Positions 1 to 13,910 of a DNA stretch of 64,000 nt are shown here, piece after piece. Source of the DNA: Cycas panzhihuaensis (taxonomy: Eukaryota > Plantae > Cycadophyta); contig CM041465.1 of NCBI GenBank assembly GCA_023213395.1, forward strand, positions 30,139,741 to 30,203,740, given 5' to 3'. A model generated the notes under the pieces. That model made no database searches, was not told where the DNA came from, and saw only the letters and a program-made list of their open reading frames with translations. Positions within the stretch are counted from its first letter, which is position 1, and every line of letters starts with the position of its first letter. The position numbers and the translations under genes were made by a program.

Positions 1-2936
1 AACAGTCTTGATCTTACTAGAAAATCCAACAACTGAATGGAGTGATGAGGGGTGGAGGACTAGGCAAAAGAGTTGGTCCAACCCTAATCTATAGAAGAGA
101 TCCAACAGTTGACCAAGCCAAATCTAGGACAAGGCAGGTAGGGTTGATCTGCATAGACGTACCATGCTTTCCGTGGGATTCACAGCCCCAATAACACCTT
201 TTTCGAACCTCCTTTCCCTCAAGCAACCTTAATTGTCATGCATTGATCGTACGGACGGTTGGTCCCCTATGGAATGCACTAAGCCTAATGTTATTTTAGA
301 GGCAATGTTTGAACCTTTTTGGGGCCTCTCCTACTTGATTTTAAGGTTCACTTTTAGAAGATTGAAGTGGACTTTAGAGTAGATTTTACTTGGATGATGT
401 GGATGCTTGATTAATGTTTACAATGAAAAAAAGCTTCAAAGAAAAGCAACCAAGTACATCACAATAAACACTTTGAGTGTTTTACAAGAGCACTTTATAG
501 TGTGAAGTAGTGTTATCAAATCCAAGTAAAAGAAGTGCTTGAGTACAATGTGAAAATGTAAGCACTTTAAAGAAGGTGCTAAGTGCTTCAACAAAAATGA
601 GCAAAGCCTTTGTATTGAAAAAATGCAAGTGGATTCCTTTTAATGCTTGAAGAAAAAAGAGGAAGATCACTTGCAAACTGAAGACGCCAAGCACCAAGTG
701 TTGGGACTTTGAAATAGTCCCAATGTTCAACAAAATGAGTGATTTTTATTAAGTAACAAGTCTCCTTGAGCCCTTTTTGAGACTAAAGGAAGTAGGTCAC
801 CATGCAAGGTGCCTTAAGAAAAGTGTTGAAATAGTGATGAGGATCACTTTAACAAGGTCACAACACTTAAAAATCACTTCTTTCAATGCCTTTTAACACT
901 TGCAAACATGAAATAAGTGTTTAAATAAGGCAAAGAGTGCCAAAAACAAAGGCTAAATTTTTTTTTTTTTTGCAACTTTGAGTAACAAGAACACTACGCA
1001 GGGAGCCTTGATTGAAGACTTTAATCAAATAATTTTAATCTCCAAAAATGAGTAACTGATTTAGCATTAGTGATTTGATGAAACCACTAAGTACAATGAA
1101 GATTTTAAACTCCAAAAAAAAAAAAAAAATTGATTTTTTCCTTAAAGGATTTAAGCCAAAAAGTCTTAAATGACTAAAAAAGCTTTAAAAAAAGGAAAAA
1201 ATATTACTTTTTAATGTGAAAAATACTTGATTTAGTCCCTATTGTCACAAAAGTGAAGCTAATGTAGTCACCAAACCAAAAAATTCACTGAAAAGTATTA
1301 ATTTTGACTTTAAAAAGTGATTTTTAGTGATTAAGAGGATGACTACGGTTAATGAACTTTATCAAAAAATGAATATTCGAAGGTATATTCTTAAAAACAT
1401 AACATAAAGTTAGTTTTATAAAGTGGAGACTTCATAATACTTTGAAATTTTTGAATTTTTGAATGATGGTGTGACTCGAGCGACTCTCGTGAACACGCAG
1501 GTGGAGAGAATTCCTTGGAGACAACTCGGTTCGAGCTGAAAATTCAGGTGGAGGGGCACCCAACCATCACTCAAGCGTCTCTAAAATCTCATGGCATTTC
1601 ATTCACTGTGCAGAAAGTTCCAAGCGTTTGATACTTTGGCTGATCGCACAGCCTTGAGGAGAAAAACGGGTTTGTATGGCTGTTGTAGGGCTTTAAACCC
1701 ACTGAATACTCATTGTATCTCTTCTCTTAAGTCTGCTACAGCTGCATGCAGGGTCAGAATGTGGGCAGCCAACTTGCTGTGAGGAAAAAAAGAGTGAAAA
1801 ACTTGATTTTTTGAAGTAGAAATCACTGAAATCAATGATAAATCATCTCAGATCTGATTAGAAACGTTAGATAATAGTTGTGGATCACTGATATCGACGA
1901 GGCGATTCTGATCGGGAACAAGCTAAATAAAATCAACATCAAAGATTTTGAGCCTTTTAGTGGGGTTTGAGGGTTGAAAATCCCAGAATTTATCCACAGC
2001 CTGCAAGAAGTCGGAAACTTGAAATAATCTCAGTCAGTGAGATTTAAACACCATCATAATACTCTAGCACTCTGATTTTGGAAGAAGAACCAACTGGAAA
2101 AATCAATCTTTAGTAAAAAAATACAAGAAAACTTAAGTAGATTAGCTCAAAACCCTTGAAGAAGATCTGAAAAAGAAAAATCAAAACCGAGTATAATGAG
2201 CTCCAGCCCCTAAACAATGCTCCAGAAATGTCTTTGATCTGTAGTGGTGAGCTTAAACAAACCTTGCATCTCCTTCGAAGAGCAAGGTCGTCACCAAGGG
2301 TTTGTAAAACCCACTCTAAGTCCCCCTTGAAGAAGAAATCAGAACAAAGGGAACTAGTCTCCTCTAGCTCTGATACGAAATGTTGAGAAGGCCAAAGGAT
2401 TAGAATGCCTAAGACCAATAAAATCCAAGATCATGAAGATAGTTCACTCTGGTTCTAGAAAGCATACGAGCAAAACTAAAAGATAAGTAAGACCAAGATC
2501 AAAGGAGCAAGATGATACCAAAGTATGAGGAGAAAGAATTAGTCCTACTCCAAAGAATACCAGTTGATTAGCAAACTGATAGCATAACATTACACTCCAA
2601 CTCTACATGTGAGATATGAGGAGAGGTCTCAATATATAGAGAAACTGAAGTTACCTAACAGCGTTGGATGTTCGACAAGTGACAAGCATCCAAGCTACAT
2701 GCAATGCATATCTTGCATGTCATGCATGAAGGACGTGTCCTTTTGGGCTCTCAAGTGAGCAAAGATGCATGAGGGTCCATTTGACCCTTTAGTTACAATG
2801 TTATATCACTAGGAGAAAAGTGGTGGGTGTGCACTTTATCACTTAAGTGATAAGTTACCCCATAAAGTACAAAATAATGAATGAAAAAAAAAAGTGAATA
2901 AAGTACATACTTAACATGTAAACATAAGGTTTAACA
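1..2936 (-). mobile_element. LTR retrotransposon, 5' part (5' LTR 2381-2936, Met-type PBS, long non-coding leader), truncated by window edge
   Basis: gctctgatacga (reverse-complement tRNA-iMet PBS, 1 mismatch) at ~2367-2378 precedes TGTT...AACA 2381-2936. The LTR is homologous to the solo LTR at 32147-32692. It interrupts the 5' LTR of the next Copia. Confidence 0.7.
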
Positions 2937-5900
2937 AGTCATGTATCATTCCCCCTTTCTCTCTCTGAGTGACAAGTGGCAAGATCATATTGAGTGATTG
3001 CCATTTGTCCCGTACAAGTTGTAATGTATTTATGGATTCATACCAATTAACAAAGCATTGAGGAATTCTCTCTACATGGTATTAAAGCCAGTTACGATTG
3101 TCTCGTCAAGAATCAATTTATGTCTGCATTTGGACCAGGAGGTCTTTACGGTTTTGAGAAAAATTTGACAAAGTCAATCTAAAGAGTAAAATCTCTCAAG
3201 GAGAATAATCAATCTGGAGCAATAAGTCATCTCAGCAGAAGAATTCGGCAAAAGAACGAGTGTATGGATGACATACAGACATTGTATGGACGCAAAAAAA
3301 TAAAAACTCTCAGATTGGTCTCAAATTTTACCAATAGAGTCGTGACAGTACAGATGTTATTTCTGTCCAAAGGAGTGACATGATCCGAAATCGTTTCGAA
3401 GGGTTTTTGCCCCATTTTTTAGAGGTGCAGGTTTGAAGAGTATTCTGCATTTTTCTTCAGTACAACTCAATCTATCCAGGTAAAACATATATCAATTTAA
3501 TCCTCTCATTAATACGAATATTTTGAGGCCAATTTTAAAGGCAAATTGAAAACATATTTTTTGTTTGGAGCACTTTTCACTTCCAGCCCTAGTTGCCAGA
3601 CTAAACTTCGATCTCCATTTCTGACAAATCTAAACATCTTCTGAAAAAAATAGTTGTAATTTTGGACTCCTCTTATCGAATACTTCGATTTGGACCCCTC
3701 TTTTCTTAAATCCGTACACCCGCAAAAATCCATACTTTTCTCTACCTTGTACGGCTATACGGCCCTGCAATCAAGTTTCTCTGTTGAGTTTTCTCATTTT
3801 TATCATTCAAACATGGCCTCCTCCGTTGTAGCTTTGCCTAAAGCCAATAAACTAACTGAAATGAATTTTAACATCTAGAAAATAAAAATTAAGGATCTTT
3901 TAAGAGAAAAACATGCCTAGAGAACCACTAGGGAAGAAAAACAACTCGCTAACATAGTGGATTTGTTAAATTGGGAAGAAAGTAACAACAATGTTGTATC
4001 AGTTCTCACACTCTCAATCTCAGATTCCCTATCGACCTATGTAGATGGTCTTGAAAAAACCCATAAAATTTGAAAAGTCATGTCCTCCATGTTTAGTAGA
4101 AAAAATGAAACCAAAATAGTTGCTCTCAGAGAACAACTATATAAACTCAAAATGAGCGAGGGTCAGTCAGTTTCGGATTTCATAGCCAAATTGACCAAAG
4201 TCAAGAATGCATTCCTCACAGCAAGAGATAAATTAACTGATACCAAATTGGTACTCAACAAGTTACCAAAGTCGTTTGACAACATGGTCAACATGTTAAC
4301 AGGTGGAGAACAAATAGCCACCATGACTTTCAATGTTCTTACAAGTCATATGCTTAACCAAGAACAAAGGAATCAGAGATATGAAGAGGATACTAAGATA
4401 GAAGAGGCACTCGTCACTAAACTAAACATAGGAGGGCGAGGACAAGGACAATACAATCCAAGAATGCGTGACAAAGCACCCATTAGCATTAGAGGTTGTT
4501 GGAATGAAGGAAGAGGGAGATGAAGACCCACTCCTCCACGTGATGCCAGAGTTTGCTTCAATTGTGGCAAATCTAGTCATTTTTCAAGCAACTGCAAAGT
4601 TTTTTATGTCTGCTACCACTACAAGCAAACAGACCACTACCCATATCAATGCTACCAAAGGCGAGCAGAAATTCAAAAAAGGAAAGCAAGTGTCAAGAAA
4701 CTACAACAAAGAACAAGACTCATTGGAAGATGAAATTGAAACTGCTTTTATAACAACGCTAGTAACTAGTTCCAGTGCATCAAAAAATTGGTACGTCGAC
4801 TCAGGAGTCTCCCACCACATGACTAGAGTTGAAGAATAATTTGAGACTCTGAAACCATATGATCTTAACAAATCTGTGGAACTAGGAGATAATTTTCCCC
4901 TTCACATAAAAGGGATTGGCTAGATAGCCATAAAAATTGATGAAAAAATTCAACGAATAGGCAATGTTTTCTTTGTCCCAGGGATGAAGAAAAATCTTTT
5001 ATCAATATCTCAGTTAAGTGAGAAAAAGGCTAAGAACAATGTTTGATGAAAATGGTCATTGTTATATTTTGGACATGAAAAAGAATGGCATTGTAATAGC
5101 TGAAAGGGTAAAATGCAACAGGCTTTACAAGTTGCTTCCACCCCTGTGTTGCCTGACAAAGGACCCACTAAATTCCCATCTGATGTAAATTCACTTACTG
5201 TGACAAGTAATGATACTAATGAAATGTGGCATTTGAAGTATGGTCATATCTTTCATGCTAGGTTAGAAAGATTAAAAAATTCAAAAATGGTGAATGGTCT
5301 ACCTAATATTTCATTCAACTCATTTGTATGCAAAAGCGACATGATGGGGAAACAACATAGAATTCCTTTTGCAAAAAGAACATGGCAAGCACAAAATAAA
5401 TTGGATTTGGTTCATACTAATCTTTGTGGTCCATTTACACCAGTCTCAACAACTGAAGAGAGGTACTTTCTAACCTTCATTGATGACTTTTCTAGAAAAA
5501 CATGGGTATATTTTCTGTTCAGCAAATCAGAAGCACGTGGTTATTTTAAAGAATTAAAAGCAAAAGTAGAATTGGAAAGCAACAAGAAAATCAAGTGCGT
5601 TCATTCTGATGGAGGAGGGGAGTTCGTATCCAATGATTTCCTTTAGTTTTATAAATTGCATGGAATTTGCAAACAAGTCACAACTCTATATACACCCCAA
5701 TCAAATGGTGCAGCGGAAAGAATGAATAGAACAATTTTAGAAATGGCTCAGTGTTTGTTGAATGACAAAGATATCACAAAGAAATATTAGGCAGAATCTG
5801 TTAATACAATTGTATATCTAATCAACAAGAGTCCAACTCAAGCATTGGACGAAGTGACACTTGAAGAAGCATGGACAGGACATAAACCAAATGTAAGTCA

Positions 5901-8132
5901 TCTTAAAGGTTTTGGTTGCAAAGCCTATGTACATATTCCTAATAACAAGAGAACCAAATTGGATAACAAAAGCATAAAATGTATGATGGTTGGATATAGC
6001 AGTCGCTCCAAAGCATACCCGCATCTTGATCCAAAGACAAACAAACATTATGTCAGCAAGGATGTAATATTTGATGAAGGGATAAGACACACCGAGACTG
6101 GGTATCAGGAAATGAACATAGATGATAAAAATTTGAATATAGTGCAACCAGAAGAAGAATCAGTTATTACTTCTGAAAGTGTTAAAGCAGAAAGTGATAC
6201 TTCAGAAGAAAAGACACCTGACATTAATCAGGTAAGTGATTCCAATATCAATCAAGAAGATGAAGAACTGAGACCATTGCAGGAACAAAGCTCTAAAAAG
6301 GTACCAAAGTGTTATCTTAAAACTCATGAATAAACAAAAGGAGAAGTGTTCGAGCACCAAACAAGGTCTTAGAAACCACATGCATTAGTTTGCTCTATTA
6401 AACCAAACACTTTCGAAGAAGCAAGCAAATTCCAAGCCTGGAGAACAACAATGGATACAAAAATGAAAGCCATCTACAAAAATGAAATTTGGGACCCTAG
6501 TAGAACCTCCTGAATATAAATCCATTAGGTATATAGAGTAAAAAAAAAACCAAATGGTGAAATCGAGAAGTACAAAGCAAGGTTGGTGGCAAAAGGCTAC
6601 ACACAGACAGTTGTAATTGACTACGAGGAAACATTCTCACTGGTGGCAAAATTAAACACTGTGAGAACAGTAATCACAATAGTTTCTCAGAAAGGATGGA
6701 AAATCTATCAGATGGATGTAAAAAGTGCCTTTCTGAATCGAGATCTCCAAGAAGTCTATATGCACCAACCAAAAGGGTACACAAAGCATGGACAAGAAAA
6801 CATGATCTGCAAGCTAAAGAAGGCATTATATGGACTCAAACAAGCACCAAGAGCTTGGTATACTAAGTTGGACACGTATCTAATCCAAAATGGCTTTCAT
6901 AGGTGTGAGTCAAATCATAATTTGTATGTAAAATTCAATCAAGGATAAGTCTCCATTATAGTAGTGTGTGTAGATGACATGTTGATCACAGGAAATGATG
7001 AAGATTCAATTGCACTCATCAAGAGGTAGTTTGAAAAGGTTTTTGAAATGACAGATCTTGGAATGTTACATTATTATATGGGAATAGAGATTGGACAAAA
7101 CAACAACCCTATTGTCTTGTCCCAATTCAAATACATCAAAAATGTGCTAAAAAATTCAATATGGAAAATTGCAATAGTGTTGCCACTCCCATGGAGACTG
7201 GGTGTGTGCCAAATGTTGAACAGAAAGCACAACCAGTTAATGCAACTACATGCAAACAACTGATCGAAAGCTTGATCTGTCTTACAGCCACCAGACCTGA
7301 CATTTCCTATGTAGTTGGTGTAGTCTCCAGGTTTATGGAAAATCCAAAGATACCTCATTGGAACGCTACAAAGAGAATTCTGCGGTACTTGAAAGGAACT
7401 ATAAATCTTAGATTAGAATATACAAAACACAATAATATGCAATTAACAGGGCTCTGTGATTCTGACTGAGCTGAAGATAGAATGGACAGAAAATCAACAT
7501 CAAGATATTGTTTCTTTCTAGGAATGGCTTTAATTTCTTGGAGCAACATATAGTTGCCTTGCCTTCAACAGAAGCTGAGTACAAGTCGACAGTAAGTGCA
7601 GCATGTGAAGGAGTATGGATCAGACAACTCCTAAAAGATCTTGGACAAAAAACAAACAGTACCTCCTCAGTTGTTCTGTGACAATCAGAGCACAATTAAG
7701 ATAACAAAGAATCCAATACTGCATGCAAGGACCTAACATATAGAAGTACATCATCATTTCATCAAAGAAAAAATTCAGAACAAAGAAATTGAACTTCTAC
7801 ATTGTACATCAGAAAATCAAATTGTTGATGTTCTTATAAAACCCCTAAGTAGAGAAAAAATTAGCACTTTTAAAAATAAGTTAGGAATAAAATAGATAAA
7901 ACATTAAGAGAGGGTGTTAAAAGTAATGTTTTATCTAGGATACTTTTAGAATACTTTGTAAAATTAAAGTGTACTTTAAAATGCTTTGTGAGGGTCATGT
8001 ATCATTCCCCCTTTCTCAGTCTCAGTGACAAGTGGCAAGATCATATTGAGCAGTTGCAACTTATCCTGTACAAGTTGTAATGTATTTATGGATTCATACC
8101 AATTAACGAAGCATTGAGGAATTCTCTCTACA
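2937..8132 (+). mobile_element. Ty1/Copia element 1, decayed. 5' LTR remnant 2937-3076, PBS 3077-3088, PPT ~7906-7914, 3' LTR 7915-8132
   Basis: LTR remnant matches the distal part of 7915-8132. PBS tggtattaaagc. Domain order gag-PR-INT-RT-RH. Confidence 0.93.
3813..7900 (+). pseudogene. Copia gag-pol with many stops and frameshifts
   Basis: UBN2-type gag (LREQLYKLKM), PR (WYVDSGVSHHMT), GAG-pre-integrase and integrase (LVHTNLCGP, FIDDFSRKTWVYF, SDGGGEF), RT (QMDVKSAFLN, LYGLKQAPRAW), RNase H. Confidence 0.92.
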
Positions 8133-8764
8133 GAAACAGGGATGCACAACAAACAAAGCCCAATATGGAACGTACAAAGGGATGCACAAGCCAGATTGAG
8201 CAGAACACAAGCCAAACAGAACTTGGATAGTATGAACACAGGGATAGATGATATTGCTTAGTGGCAATTGATGATTAATCACTGGATTAGCTATCAAAAG
8301 TCATGTGTTATGTTAAAGGGACAGTTGTGGCTTTTAGTCACAATCATTTCCCAAAAAGCACGCAAGGAGTATTTATAGGTTATTTCTCACCATTTTGGAT
8401 GTGAGAGTCGAGTATTTGAGTCCTATGGCACGTTTTCTAGTATGGATGGCAAGTATATTGTAAATTGGATAGTGGTTCAAGTAGGGAAAATCCATATGGT
8501 GATGTGAAATTGATGTAAAACAATGATATTACTTAATAAAATAACTGAGTTACATGGAACATGTGTTTCATATGTTATTGGTGATTCATTTGTGATGATG
8601 TGATGATTGATAATGATATGATGATGTGTAATTGATGTCATACTATGGACCTATGTGGCAGATTGTGTATAATTAACTCGTATGTTGACAAGAAGCCCCA
8701 AGCCTAGTCTACCATAAGTGTCCTTTGGCAAGTGCACCCTCTAAGGAGCAGAGGGAAGTCAACA
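8133..8764 (+). mobile_element. Distal part of a Gypsy-type LTR, distantly related to the LTRs at 48657/53323
   Basis: Shares the gtgagagtcgagtatt..tcctatggca motif and the agtcaaca terminus with the 48657-54208 LTRs. Ends exactly where Copia 2 integrase sequence resumes. Confidence 0.55.
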
Positions 8765-11249
8765 CAGGCATCAAACCAATAGTCAATTATCTTAGAACTT
8801 TTGGTTGTATAACATATATGCACATACCCAAGGAGAAAAGACAAAAACACGATGAGAAAAGTGCTAAGTGCATGTTTCTTGGATATAGTGAAGTGAGCAA
8901 AGCTTACAAATTATATGATTTACAAATAAAGAATGTTCACATATCACGTGGTGTGATCTTTTATGAAGGCAATCAAGAGATTAATGTGGACAAAGCAACT
9001 GAAGTACAACTGGAATCAAGTACTTCACATCAGTCTCATTCAAGGCAAATTGGTGAACTTGAAACTCCCATGACTAGTGAACATGAAAAAAGTGTTGTAC
9101 AAACACCCCTTGATGATGTTGAGGATGTGCATGTAAGCCCTACGAAGCTGCCCAAATGGTATTTGAAAACCATTTCAAATGCTACATTACCAAAAACAAG
9201 TGGAAAGTGCTAGTCAAAAATGCATGCTACAGAACAAGAGAATCTTGCACTTATGGCACAAGTGCTTAATGCAAATGAATCTTCCATTTTTCAGGAGGCA
9301 AGTAAGGAGCAAATGTGGAAAGATGTAATGGATGTAGAACTTCAAGTCGTTCACAAAAATCAAACTTAGGACTTAGTTGAATTGCCACTAGGAAAAAGGC
9401 AGTTGGTTGCAAATGGGTTTTTTAAAGTAAGTTCAAGGTAGATATTTCCGTTGATAAGCATAAAGCAAGGCTAGTTGCAAAAGGTTTCAATCAGTAAGAA
9501 GGAGTTGACTATCATAAAACATTTGAGCCTATTGCAAAGATGATGGCATTTCAAGTTATACCTGCACTTGCAACACAGTATAAATAGCAACTATATCAAA
9601 TAGATGTTAAAAATGCCTTTTTGAATGGTGATTTGATCGAAGAGGTATACACGGAACAACCTCCAAGTTATTCAGAAAAAGGCAAGGAACATCTAGTATG
9701 TCATCTCAAGAAAGCTTTGTGTGGATTGACGCAAGCACTAAGGGCATGGTACATCAAGATTGACGAATATTTCTTGAAACATGGATTTGTGAGACCTCCA
9801 AATGACTTTACATCAAATTTCAAGATAACAAAGATGTAATCTTTGTAGTGCTTTATGTTGATGACTTGGTGATAACTAGAAATAATACTTCAATGATTGG
9901 AGACTTTAAGTCAAGTTTGAAACAAAACTTCAAAATGATAGATCTTGGTCTACTTCATTACTTTCTCGGAGTTGAAGTATGGCAAACACTTGGAAATTTT
10001 TCATTTCACAAGCTAATTCACAAGATAAGTACACTTTGGAATTGTTGAAGGTGGCCAAGATGGAAGACTACAAATCAGTTCTAACTCCGATGGAAATAGC
10101 ACACAAACTTCTAAAATAGGATGCAAGAAAGCAAGTTGATGTAACATCATACAGGCAACTAGTTGGAAGATTACTTTACATGACTACAACAAGACTAGAT
10201 ATCACATATGAAATGGGCATCATGTCTAGATTCATGCAGAATCCAAAACAGAGCCATTGGGTTAGTAGCAAAATGCATTTTCAAATGTCTAAAGAGAACA
10301 CTACAATTTGGACTTATGTTCACTCAACGTGAAGAATTCTAGTTCCAAGGATATTCTGATTAAAATTGGGCAGGTTATATCGACAACAAGCATTCCGCAT
10401 CAAGATATTGCTTTAATCTTGGTACAATAGCAATTTCTTGAAGTAGCAAAAAACAACCAACCATTGCATTTTCATCTACAAAAGCATAGTACAAAATAGT
10501 AGTAGCAACAACATGTGAAACAACATAGTTGAGAAGGATACTAGAAGATTTGGGATTACATCAGGATAATGCAACAATGTTGTACTATGACAATTAAAGT
10601 GCACTCAAGAGAGCAAAAAATCTAGTTTATCATGCATGTACCAAGCACATACAGGTCCATCTTCACTTCATTAGAGAAAAAATCTAGAATGGAGAGACAA
10701 AACTCATCTACAAGCCAACCAATGAATAAATTGCAGATGTCATCACCAAACCTTTGACTCATGACAAGTTCAAGAAGTTTAGAGAAGGCATTAGTGTGAA
10801 GGCAAATGATGTAAACATTAAGGGGGAGTGTGAGAAATAATGTTTGCATGTGTAGTAGTCATAACTAAATGTTGTGTACCTAGGGTCTTAATGTCAATTA
10901 GTGGGTCATTTAATGAGCATCAATTGTGAATGGCTCAGATAAAGGTCATTGCCTACTAATCAAGTTATTGATGTCATGTCATTGGTCAGATGTATGACAC
11001 AATGTGCTATTTATACTTGTGTATATCATTATGTCAAGTGAAGTTGATAAGTGATTGTTCAAGAGCTAAGTCAGGTCATGATGTATTATCACAATGATGG
11101 TCATTACATACTGAGCATTTGAGCACAATAAATCACCTATTATTAGACCAATTGTACCATAGCATTTATTGAGAGAAATTAACTTGTGAGTGTTTGATAT
11201 TATTGTATGTGTTGAATGAATGGTATCAAACCCACCCAAAATTCTAACA
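8765..11249 (+). mobile_element. Ty1/Copia element 2, 3' half (INT C-terminus, RT, RNase H, PPT 10820-10828, probable 3' LTR 10829-11249)
   Basis: LRTFGCITYMHIP, KCMFLGYS, LYVDDLVIT, DLGLLHYFLG. aagggggag is followed by TG. The LTR end is inferred from ...ctaaca. Confidence 0.85.
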
Positions 11250-12212
11250 TATGCAACTCTACTTGAATCAAGGCTAGATGCCTCAACACTATTAAGTTGG
11301 AGGGGTACAAAGGCCCACAAATATAAAATGAAACAGTGGGATGTAGTAAACGATGCAATGCAAACACCAACACAAGAATATGCACTTGGTGACTCGAGGC
11401 CACAAAAGAATGCCACCACCCGAATCCATGGGAATGCTCAAAACATTACTTGCCCAAACATGTTATAGATAAATTGCTATGTTTATCCAACAGGCTTGAG
11501 GCAATGTTGGTCTTCACTCCATGGGTTTATTCAAAGTTCAAATGGAAGATTTGGAATTCCATCGAGGTATCACAATTGCCCTACACAAAATCCTTCCTTG
11601 CTTTGATACCAATTGTGATACTAGTTGTGGAGTACAATTGTCTTAAACGAAAGATAATCCATTAATTACAATAAGCAATCCAAATTTACAATCAACAAGG
11701 CACCCCAAACATGTGCAAAAGCCAACTATCCAAACCAAGAGATGATAAAACTGATGATCACAACACATTCATTACTACCTACAAATACTAGATAATAAAT
11801 TATTTTAGCCAAGTTGGCTAACTCAGTTGCGGGTCAGCAACAGATTCCCTCAATTTCAATATCATAACTGTAAAATACTCAATATTTCCCATTTTGAAAG
11901 ATGCCTTGGTCCATTTGGAGGGGTCAACACACAACAAATATGTCCATACAGACCTGCAGCAATCGTACAGTTATGTGTAGGCCACACAAACCTGTAACAA
12001 CACCATATGGCTGCATTAAAGGCCCAATAGGTCATATGGTTTAGAAACAATATGTACAACTTGTAGACAAACCATACAGCCCCTATGGGCTTGTACAATT
12101 GCTGTGCATTGTTATACAGACCTATAGGACAGATCTGTGCATCTCTCGCTCTTGCAAGCAATATAGTGGCCATGGGCCCCACCTAAGTAGGAAAATTTCT
12201 AAATCTGTAACA
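11250..12212 (-). mobile_element. Old LTR element: leader, Met PBS (11600-11611) and probable 5' LTR 11614-~12212
   Basis: gctttgatacca-at-TGTG is a PBS/LTR junction in reverse. The LTR end (tgtaaca) is tentative. Confidence 0.45.
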
Positions 12213-12802
12213 AAAATAAAAAATTAGCATGGAGGATGCATGTTGATGATTGGAGAATTTGATGATAAAAGGGAATTGTTTTGTCATTTACATGTTGAAC
12301 TACAAACTAGGGTTTGCATTAAATGATTATAGATAGTAAAAACTGCATCTATTTAGTAGTTGGACCATAAACTTTGCAGAACAACCCATGGGAGAGATTT
12401 TGCTTGAAACCCTTGTGATAATGATTTTTATGCTTGATTGCATTTAAATCATGGCCCTTTATGATTTTATGGAAAGCTTTTATAAAATTGCATTAATGGC
12501 AAATTCGAGGAACCATGAAGCTTGAGAAATATCTCATGAAAATTATATGACATCAGTTTTGATTATTTGGCTTCCATAGAAAATGAGTTATGGTTATTTG
12601 CATTCCATGGTGATTAATTGTAAAAAAATGAAAGAACCATGGCATTAATTGTGGCAAATAAAGGAGCCACGACATTAATTGTGGTGAATAAAGGAACCTT
12701 GGCATCCATTGACATTAGGGCATGGTCTATGAATGAATAATTGATTCTTTGTGAAAGGTACTTCCATGCCATTTTATTTCCGTTCTTCTTATTTAGTCAA
12801 GT

Positions 12803-13081
12803 TGTTAGGATTAGTAATTTGACAAGCACATCAAACCCTAATGGTGAGCAACAAAAGATGAAGTATGCACATAATAGACACCATGTTGGAGAATTGGCCA
12901 AAACTCAATTATGAACAAGTAAGAGTACATACTTATAGTACAACTTCACCACTAGAGAAAGAACCCCATTGGACTACTTAGAGGTGGCGCACATATCAAG
13001 GTGGCCCACAACTCTAATATAGAATACACAAGATAGAGAGAGTTTACATAGGGCTAATGGAATTGAGTATTACACCCAACA
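12803..13081 (-). repeat. 3' LTR of the young element
   Basis: Direct repeat of 16575-16853, adjacent to the PPT. Confidence 0.95.
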
Positions 13082-13134
13082 TTCCCCCCTGTAATAGTCA
13101 ATTACATAAATATCGTCACTTCAATGATAAGCTC

Positions 13135-13660
13135 AAGTCTCCAAAAATTCTTTGGATCGTAACTTTGCACATAATAGAAAGCTGCTGAAGTCCATATGAA
13201 GTAGAGTCCATCTACCGGAATGCATGGGTTATCAGCCGCTGCAACCGCCAGTTGGGTAGGAACTCCCTCTGTATACGTGGAGCAATCAGGAGCTGGCAAG
13301 AGTAGCTGTATAAGGTCCCACCCCTTGCTCATATGGGAGTGCAAGCAGGAAAATATATATAATAAGCACATGGCACATGGCACATGGCAAGAGTCTCCAA
13401 AAGTCTGCTGGATCATAAACATTGCTGGATCATAAACACTGCTGCACCGAATAAAAAGCTGCTGAAGTCCATATGAAGAGGAGTCCATCTACCGGAATGC
13501 ATGGGTTATCAGCCGCTGCAACCGCCAGTTGGGTAGGAACTCCCTTTGTATACGTGGAGCAATCAGGAGCTGGCAAGAGTAGCTGTATAAGGTCCCACCC
13601 CTTGCTCGTATGGGAGTGCAAGCAAGAAAATATATATGTATAAAGCACATGGCAAGCAAG
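13135..13660. repeat. Imperfect tandem duplication, ~278-bp period
   Basis: aaagctgctgaagtccatatgaag...gggagtgcaagca occurs at ~13178 and ~13455. Confidence 0.9.
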
Positions 13661-13775
13661 AGTAGCTTCTAAAAGTGTGTCCTACCTCTTGCTCAATAGG
13701 ACTAGCACTTCTTCGGCATCTATTGGCCGGAAATACAATGGCACTATGGCCTCAAACATGCCACATGGGCTAAAA

Positions 13776-13910
13776 TGATGCCTCATTGGGCTAACAACTT
13801 GCCACCATGGGCAAAAATAACCAGCATTAGAAATTTTTACATGATGCCTCATTGGGCTAACAACTTGCCACCATGGGCAAAAATAACCAGCATTTGAAAT
13901 TTTTACATGA
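13776..13910. repeat. 66-bp tandem duplication
   Basis: tgatgcctcattgggctaacaacttgccaccatgggcaaaaataaccagcatt occurs twice. Confidence 0.9.

Noticed and set aside
13270-13310. P-loop-like EQSGAGKSS in ORF 13220-13435
   Set aside because: The first Gly is missing, there is no further NTPase context, and it is antisense to the other cargo.
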